From a virus (taxonomy: Duplodnaviria; Heunggongvirae; Uroviricota; Caudoviricetes): a stretch of DNA of 44,162 bases. Shown here piece by piece: positions 37,980 through 44,162 of this stretch; the stretch's first letter is position 1, and every line of letters begins with the position of its first letter. A program made the position numbers and the translations under genes. The stretch lies in IMG/VR virus record IMGVR_UViG_2541047704_000003. One strand, written 5' to 3'. The notes below the pieces were generated by a model. It was not told the origin of the DNA and ran no database searches. It saw only the letters and a program-made list of their open reading frames with translations.

Positions 37980-40900
37980 ATGGGTAAAGGCAGCAGTAAG
38001 GGGCATACCCCGCGCGAAGCGAAGGACAACCTGAAATCATCCCAGATGCTGAGCGTGATAGACGCCATCAGCGAAGGGCCGGTTGAAGGTCCGGTGGATG
38101 GATTAAAAAGCGTGCTGCTGAACAGTACGCCGGTGCTGGACAGTGAGGGGAATACCAATATATTCGGCGTCACGGTGGTGTTCCGGGCCGGTGAGCAGGA
38201 GCAGACACCGCCGGAGGGATTTGAATCCTCCGGCTCCGAGACGGTGCTCGGTACAGAAGTGAAATATGACACGCCGATCACCCGGACCATCACGTCGGCA
38301 AACATTGACCGTCTGCGTTTTACTTTCGGCGTGCAGGCACTGGTGGAAACCACCTCAAAGGGGGACAGGAATCCATCGGAAGTCCGCCTGCTGGTTCAGA
38401 TTCAACGTAACGGTGGCTGGGTGACGGAAAAAGACATCACCATTAAGGGCAAAACCACGTCGCAGTATCTGGCCTCGGTGGTGGTGGATAACCTGCCGCC
38501 GCGCCCGTTTAATATCCGGATGCGCAGGATGACGCCGGACAGCACCACAGACCAGTTGCAGAACAAAACGCTCTGGTCGTCATACACCGAAATCATCGAT
38601 GTGAAACAGTGCTACCCGAACACGGCACTGGTCGGCGTACAGGTGGACTCGGAGCAGTTCGGCAGCCAGCAGGTGAGCCGTAATTATCATCTTCGCGGGC
38701 GCATTCTGCAGGTGCCGTCGAACTATAACCCGCAGACGCGGCAATACAGCGGTATCTGGGACGGAACGTTTAAGCCAGCATACAGCAACAACATGGCCTG
38801 GTGTCTGTGGGATATGCTGACCCATCCGCGCTACGGCATGGGGAAACGTCTTGGTGCGGCAGATGTGGATAAATGGGCGCTGTATGTCATCGGCCAGAAT
38901 TGCGACCAGTCAGTGCCGGACGGCTTTGGCGGCACGGAGCCGCGCATCACCTGTAATGCGTACCTGACCACACAGCGCAAGGCGTGGGATGTGCTCAGTG
39001 ATTTTTGCTCGGCGATGCGCTGTATGCCGGTATGGAACGGGCAGACGCTGACATTCGTGCAGGACCGACCGTCGGATAAGGTGTGGACCTATAACCGCAG
39101 TAATGTGGTGATGCCGGATGATGGCGCGCCGTTCCGCTACAGCTTCAGCGCCCTGAAAGACCGCCATAATGCCGTTGAGGTGAACTGGATTGACCCGGAT
39201 AACGGCTGGGAGACGGCGACAGAGCTTGTGGAGGACACGCAGGCCATTGCCCGTTACGGTCGTAACGTCACGAAGATGGATGCCTTTGGCTGTACCAGCC
39301 GGGGGCAGGCACACCGCGCCGGGCTGTGGCTGATTAAAACGGAGCTGCTGGAAACGCAGACCGTGGACTTCAGCGTGGGTGCAGAAGGGCTTCGCCATGT
39401 ACCGGGCGATGTCATTGAAATCTGTGATGATGACTATGCGGGGATCAGCATCGGCGGGCGCGTGCTGGCGGTGAACAACCAGACGCGGACACTGACGCTC
39501 GACCGTGAAATCACGCTGCCATCCTCCGGCACCACGCTGATAAGCCTGGCTGACGGACAGGGGAATCCGGTCAGCGTGGAGGTCCAGTCCGTCACCGACG
39601 GCGTGAAGGTAAAAGTGAGCCGTGTTCCTGACGGCGTTGCAGAATACAGCGTGTGGGGGCTGAAGTTGCCAACGTTGCGCCAGCGCCTGTTCCGCTGTGT
39701 GAGTATCCGTGAGAACGATGACGGCACGTATGCCATCACTGCCGTGCAGCATGTACCGGAAAAAGAGGCCATCGTGGATAACGGGGCGCACTTTGACGGC
39801 GACCAGAGCGGCACGGTGAATGGTGTCACGCCGCCAGCGGTGCAGCACCTGACTGCCGAAGTCACCGCAGACAGCGGGGAATATCAGGTGCTGGCGCGCT
39901 GGGACACGCCGAAGGTGGTGAAGGGGGTGAGCTTTATGCTTCGCCTGACCGTGGCAGCGGATGACGGCAGTGAGCGGCTGGTCAGCACGGCCCGGACGAC
40001 GGAAACCACATACCGCTTCAGGCAACTGGCGCTGGGGAACTACAGGCTGACAGTCCGGGCGGTAAATGCGTGGGGGCAGCAGGGCGATCCGGCATCGGTA
40101 TCGTTCCGGATTGCCGCACCGGCAGCGCCGTCGCAGATTGAGCTGACACCGGGGTATTTTCAGATAACCGCCACGCCGCATCTTGCGGTTTATGATCCGA
40201 CGGTACAGTTTGAGTTCTGGTTCTCGGAAAAGCGGATTGCGGATATCAGGCAGGTTGAAACCACAGCACGCTATCTTGGCACGGCGCTGTACTGGATAGC
40301 CGCCAGTATCAATATCAAACCGGGCCATGATTATTATTTTTACATCCGCAGTGTGAACACCGTTGGCAAATCGGCATTTGTGGAGGCTGTTGGCCAGCCG
40401 AGTGATGATGCATCCGGCTATCTGAATTTTTTCAAAGGAGAGATAGGGAAAACCCATCTGGCTCAGGAGTTGTGGACGCAGATTGATAACGGTCAGCTTG
40501 CGCCTGACCTGGCTGAAATCAGGACGTCCATTACGGGTGTCAGCAATGAAATCACGCAGACCGTCAATAAGAAACTGGAAGACCAGAGTGCAGCGATCCA
40601 GCAGATACAGAAGGTTCAGGTTGATACAAATAATAACCTGAACAGCATGTGGGCTGTGAAGCTGCAGCAGATGCAGGACGGACGCCTTTATATCGCGGGT
40701 ATTGGTGCCGGTGTTGAGAATACTCCTGACGGTATGCAGAGTCAGGTGCTGCTGGCGGCGGACAGGATTGCGATGATTAATCCTGCGAATGGCAACACAA
40801 AGCCGATGTTTGTTGGGCAGGGCGATCAGATATTCATGAACGAAGTGTTCCTGAAATATCTGACGGCTCCCACCATTACCAGCGGTGGCAATCCCCCAAC

Positions 40901-41462
40901 GTTTTCACTGACACCTGATGGTCGACTTTCTGCGAAAAATGCGGATATCAGCGGTAACGTGAACGCGAACTCCGGGACGCTCAACAACGTCACGATTAAT
41001 CAGAACTGTCGGATTCTGGGAAAACTGTCAGCTAACCAGATTGAAGGTGATATTGTCAAAACGGTGGGAAAAGCCTTTCCGAGAAATGGCAGTTATGCCA
41101 GCGGTACAATAACGGTCACTGTGTACGATGACCAGGCTTTTGACCGTCAGATAGTAGTCCCCCCCGTTCTGTTTCGTGGGGGTAAGCATGAAAACTTCAA
41201 CAGCAACAACCAACAGTCATACTGGTATTCAACCTGTAAGCTGCAGGTACTGAAGAACGGACAGGAAATCTTTCAGCAACCCGCGACGGATGTCAGCAGG
41301 GTATTTTCATCAGTCATTGATATGCCTGCCGGACACGGCCATGTCACCCTGACTTTCAATGTTTCTTCATATGGTGCTAATAACTGGACGCCAACGACCA
41401 GTATCAGCGACCTTCTTGTTGTTGTGATGAAGAAATCTACAGCCGGTATCAGTATCAGTTGA
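37980..41462 (+). CDS. J: central tail fibre / host specificity protein J
   Basis: 1160-aa ORF in J position with fibronectin-III-like repeats; GAGGAA ribosome-binding site upstream. Confidence 0.9.
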   Translation: MGKGSSKGHTPREAKDNLKSSQMLSVIDAISEGPVEGPVDGLKSVLLNSTPVLDSEGNTNIFGVTVVFRAGEQEQTPPEGFESSGSETVLGTEVKYDTPITRTITSANIDRLRFTFGVQALVETTSKGDRNPSEVRLLVQIQRNGGWVTEKDITIKGKTTSQYLASVVVDNLPPRPFNIRMRRMTPDSTTDQLQNKTLWSSYTEIIDVKQCYPNTALVGVQVDSEQFGSQQVSRNYHLRGRILQVPSNYNPQTRQYSGIWDGTFKPAYSNNMAWCLWDMLTHPRYGMGKRLGAADVDKWALYVIGQNCDQSVPDGFGGTEPRITCNAYLTTQRKAWDVLSDFCSAMRCMPVWNGQTLTFVQDRPSDKVWTYNRSNVVMPDDGAPFRYSFSALKDRHNAVEVNWIDPDNGWETATELVEDTQAIARYGRNVTKMDAFGCTSRGQAHRAGLWLIKTELLETQTVDFSVGAEGLRHVPGDVIEICDDDYAGISIGGRVLAVNNQTRTLTLDREITLPSSGTTLISLADGQGNPVSVEVQSVTDGVKVKVSRVPDGVAEYSVWGLKLPTLRQRLFRCVSIRENDDGTYAITAVQHVPEKEAIVDNGAHFDGDQSGTVNGVTPPAVQHLTAEVTADSGEYQVLARWDTPKVVKGVSFMLRLTVAADDGSERLVSTARTTETTYRFRQLALGNYRLTVRAVNAWGQQGDPASVSFRIAAPAAPSQIELTPGYFQITATPHLAVYDPTVQFEFWFSEKRIADIRQVETTARYLGTALYWIAASINIKPGHDYYFYIRSVNTVGKSAFVEAVGQPSDDASGYLNFFKGEIGKTHLAQELWTQIDNGQLAPDLAEIRTSITGVSNEITQTVNKKLEDQSAAIQQIQKVQVDTNNNLNSMWAVKLQQMQDGRLYIAGIGAGVENTPDGMQSQVLLAADRIAMINPANGNTKPMFVGQGDQIFMNEVFLKYLTAPTITSGGNPPTFSLTPDGRLSAKNADISGNVNANSGTLNNVTINQNCRILGKLSANQIEGDIVKTVGKAFPRNGSYASGTITVTVYDDQAFDRQIVVPPVLFRGGKHENFNSNNQQSYWYSTCKLQVLKNGQEIFQQPATDVSRVFSSVIDMPAGHGHVTLTFNVSSYGANNWTPTTSISDLLVVVMKKSTAGISIS

Positions 41463-41481
41463 ATTTTATAACCCAGATACG

Positions 41482-41509
41482 GGCGCCAGAAATGGCGCCT
41501 TTTTTATTT
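41482..41509 (+). terminator. rho-independent terminator after J
   Basis: GGCGCC-AGAAAT-GGCGCC followed by TTTTTTATTT. Confidence 0.55.
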
Positions 41510-41520
41510 GTGGAGTGAAT

Positions 41521-43581
41521 ATGGCAGTACAGATTTCAGGCGTGCTGAAAGACGGTGCAGGAAAACCGATACAGAACTGCACCATTCAGCTCAAAGCAAA
41601 ACGTAACAGCACCACGGTTGTGGTGAACACGGTGGCCTCAGAAAATCCGGATGAAGCCGGACGTTACAGCATGGATGTCGAGTATGGCCAGTACAGCGTT
41701 ATCCTGCTGGTTGAAGGTTTTCCGCCTTCACATGCCGGGGCCATCACCGTGTATGAGGATTCTAAGCCGGGGACATTGAATGATTTTCTGGGCGCTGCAA
41801 CAGAAGATGATGTTCGTCCGGAGGCACTGTATCGTTTTGAAAAGATGGTGGAAGAGGTGGCACGCAACGCTGAAGCCGCCTCTCAGAGCGCAGCGGCAGC
41901 AAAGAAATCAGAAACAGCAGCGGCATCGTCCAGGAATGCGGCGAAAACATCAGAGACGAATGCAGGTAACAGCGCGAAAGCGGCAGCTTCTTCAAAAACA
42001 GCCGCACAAAACGCAGCAACAGCGGCAGAACGTTCAGAGACAAATGCCCGTGCGTCAGAAGAAGCCTCCGCAGACAGTGAAGAGGCTTCCCGCCGTAATG
42101 CAGAGTCAGCCGCTGAAAATGCCGGAGTCGCCACCACAAAAGCGCGGGAGGCCGCAGCAGACGCAACAAAGGCCGGGCAGAAAAAGGATGAGGCTCTGTC
42201 GGCAGCGACACGGGCTGAAAAGGCGGCAGACCGCGCAGAAGTCGCAGCGGAAGTGACTGCAGAGCCCTATGCGAATATAGTGCCGCCGCTGCCTGATGTG
42301 TGGATACCGTTTAACGATTCACTGGATATGATTGCGGGTTTTTCTCCGGGCTATAAAAAAATAGCTATTGGTGACGATGTGGTTCAGGTCGCCAGTGATA
42401 AACAGGTTAATTTCAGTCGCGCATCAACGGCAACATATATCAACAAATCTGGCGAACTGAAAACGGCGGAAATTAATGAGCCGCGATTTGAGTGTGATGG
42501 CCTGCTTATTGAGGGACAAAGAACGAACTACATGCTCAATTCGGAAAGTCCAGCCAGCTGGGGGAAGTCATCAAACATGGATGTGCCCGAAACCGGGACA
42601 GATAGTTTTGGTTTTACTTATGGAAAGTTTGTCTGCAACGATTCTCTGGTTGGGCAAACTTCGGCTATTAATATGGCATCAATTGCTGCAACAAAGTCAG
42701 TTGATGTCTCAGGCGATAACAAGTACGTGACAACCTCATGCCGTTTTAAAACAGAACGACAGGTAAGGTTACGTATACGGTTTGATAAGTATGATGGTAG
42801 TGCAACAACTTTTCTTGGCGATGCGTACATTGATACGCAAACGCTTGAAATTAATATGACAGGTGGGGCTGCCGGCAGAATTACGGCACGAGTCAGGAAG
42901 GATAAGACCACAGGCTGGATTTTTGCAGAGGCAACGATTCAGGCAATTGATGGTGAGTTAAAAATAGGCTCTCAGATACAGTATTCTCCTGAGCGGGGTG
43001 GGGCAACAGTATCTGGTGACTATATTTATCTTGCCACCCCACAAGTAGAGAATGGGCCGTGTGTATCATCATTTATTATTTCAGGAGGCAGCGCAACGAC
43101 AAGAGCCAGTGATTTGGTTAGTATCCCCACCAGAAATAATCTTTATAAGTTACCATTTACTTTTTTACTTGAGATTCATAAAAACTGGGATATTGCACCA
43201 AACGCCGCACCCCGCGTGTGGGATATAGCAGCAGCCAATACCGGGCAATCAGCAATTGCAGCAATCAACAGAGGTAGTGGTAAGTTATATATGAGTCTGT
43301 CAAACCCTTCAGGCTTGTATGTTAATAGCGCAGCGACAGATGTATTTGCAGAGAAAACCACATTTGGATGTATTGCAAAAGCTGATGGTCACTTTCATGT
43401 GGTGACAAATGGTAAAGCGGTTAATGAAGTTTATTGTGAATATAATGGTGTGACCGCTGATAAAAATATCCGATTTGGAGGGCAGACGAATACTGGAGAA
43501 CGACATCTGTTTGGCCATATTCGCAATTTCCGCATATGGCATAAAGAATTAAATGACAGGCAATTAAAAGAGGTCGTATGA
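41521..43581 (+). CDS. stf: side tail fibre protein (lambda Stf-like N-terminus, different C-terminal domain)
   Basis: N-terminal ~110 aa MAVQISGVLKDGAGKPIQNCTIQLKAKRNSTTVVVNTV... match lambda Stf; Ala/Ser/Glu-rich low-complexity middle; C-terminal ~300 aa unlike lambda, ending ...LFGHIRNFRIWHKELNDRQLKEVV; track start 41515 is GTG, ATG at 41521 preferred. Confidence 0.8.
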   Translation: MAVQISGVLKDGAGKPIQNCTIQLKAKRNSTTVVVNTVASENPDEAGRYSMDVEYGQYSVILLVEGFPPSHAGAITVYEDSKPGTLNDFLGAATEDDVRPEALYRFEKMVEEVARNAEAASQSAAAAKKSETAAASSRNAAKTSETNAGNSAKAAASSKTAAQNAATAAERSETNARASEEASADSEEASRRNAESAAENAGVATTKAREAAADATKAGQKKDEALSAATRAEKAADRAEVAAEVTAEPYANIVPPLPDVWIPFNDSLDMIAGFSPGYKKIAIGDDVVQVASDKQVNFSRASTATYINKSGELKTAEINEPRFECDGLLIEGQRTNYMLNSESPASWGKSSNMDVPETGTDSFGFTYGKFVCNDSLVGQTSAINMASIAATKSVDVSGDNKYVTTSCRFKTERQVRLRIRFDKYDGSATTFLGDAYIDTQTLEINMTGGAAGRITARVRKDKTTGWIFAEATIQAIDGELKIGSQIQYSPERGGATVSGDYIYLATPQVENGPCVSSFIISGGSATTRASDLVSIPTRNNLYKLPFTFLLEIHKNWDIAPNAAPRVWDIAAANTGQSAIAAINRGSGKLYMSLSNPSGLYVNSAATDVFAEKTTFGCIAKADGHFHVVTNGKAVNEVYCEYNGVTADKNIRFGGQTNTGERHLFGHIRNFRIWHKELNDRQLKEVV

Positions 43582-43856
43582 AAGATTTAACTTTGAAGTT
43601 TCATGACAAACTGCAGTTTAAGGCCTTCCTGTCATCTCTTGACTGGGAGGAGGATGAAGACCTCCAGAATAAACTGTTAGTCGATGAAATTGGTTTCACC
43701 TACACAGAAACAGGGGTAACAGAAGAGGGAGAACCTGTCTGTGTCCGGAATGACGGTTATTTTGTCAACATTCGCATTCTTGATGACTTGTTTGATGTTT
43801 CTGTATTCTCTGATTATGTCGTGGAGCTGGAAACACCGCTTCGGGAATGGAGCTGA
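43578..43856 (+). CDS. hypothetical acidic protein downstream of stf
   Basis: 92-aa ORF with AAGAGG ribosome-binding site, start overlapping stf stop (ATGA); no family recognised; occupies the position where lambda has tfa. Confidence 0.45.
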   Translation: MKDLTLKFHDKLQFKAFLSSLDWEEDEDLQNKLLVDEIGFTYTETGVTEEGEPVCVRNDGYFVNIRILDDLFDVSVFSDYVVELETPLREWS

Positions 43857-43868
43857 AAGGAGGAAATA

Positions 43869-44162
43869 ATGGATATAAGCCCCTTACTTCATGCGCTTTG
43901 TGCTGTGGCTGCGCAGATACTGGTTGGTCTTTTTACCGGAAACTGGGCTTACGGAGCGATAGCCGGTTGTACGTTTTTCATTGCGCGTGAACATACCCAG
44001 GCAGAATATCGCTGGATTGAAATGTTCGGGCATGGCAAGCGAATGAATATGCCGTGGTGGGGCGGTTTTGATCCGCGAGCTTGGGATGTGGCAAGCCTGA
44101 TGGATTTTGCTGTGCCGGTGGTGGCGTGTCTGCTGGTCTGGCTGTTGGTTAATCGTGGGTGA
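43869..44162 (+). CDS. hypothetical small membrane protein (two predicted transmembrane helices)
   Basis: 97-aa ORF with strong AGGAGG ribosome-binding site; hydrophobic segments LLHALCAVAAQILVGLFTG and LMDFAVPVVACLLVWLLV; stop codon is the last triplet of the window. Confidence 0.45.
   Translation: MDISPLLHALCAVAAQILVGLFTGNWAYGAIAGCTFFIAREHTQAEYRWIEMFGHGKRMNMPWWGGFDPRAWDVASLMDFAVPVVACLLVWLLVNRG

Noticed and set aside
41780-42256. Overlapping Gln/Arg-rich plus-strand ORF and Ala-rich minus-strand ORF (41883-42137) in a repetitive stretch that could pass for a tandem-repeat locus
   Set aside because: The stretch is the Ala/Ser/Glu-rich low-complexity coding region of stf; the alternative frames are artefacts of compositional bias and the repeats are imperfect and coding.

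Overview
This 44.2-kb window is almost entirely one lambdoid prophage (lambda-like backbone with phage-21/DLP12-like modules), in prophage orientation. Assignments are from reading the six-frame translations against remembered lambda-family proteins; no database search was run. Coordinates I derived by hand (alternative starts, hairpins, motifs) may be off by 1-2 nt. Left to right: int/xis on the minus strand at the window edge; the leftward early operon (uncharacterised accessory ORFs, TraR-like orf73, exo-bet-gam-kil-cIII-ea10-ral, N with nutL); sieB; an immunity region (cI-type repressor with lambda-type C-terminal domain but a different N-terminal domain, cro, nutR, cII); O with ori iterons, P, ren; a nin region (ninB, Dam-like N6-adenine methyltransferase, ninE, rusA, ylcG); Q with a short terminated leader; an antisense general porin; a pinholin/SAR-endolysin/Rz/Rz1 lysis cassette; bor and a TonB-C-like lipoprotein; cos; and a complete lambda-type head and tail gene set (nu1 through J) ending in a side-tail-fibre gene and two small unknown ORFs. 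Most interesting: (1) exactly where lambda carries rexA-rexB (immediately downstream of cI, same strand, closed by a terminator) sits an AT-rich, translationally coupled two-gene cassette (185 aa + 250 aa) that I cannot place in any family, a candidate undescribed lysogen-expressed exclusion or abortive-infection module; (2) the terminase large-subunit gene A carries an in-frame TAA, suggesting a packaging-defective prophage; (3) the tail-fibre locus is remodelled (no lom, no recognisable tfa, a different C-terminal domain, two unknown small genes). No rRNA, tRNA or CRISPR array was recognised.
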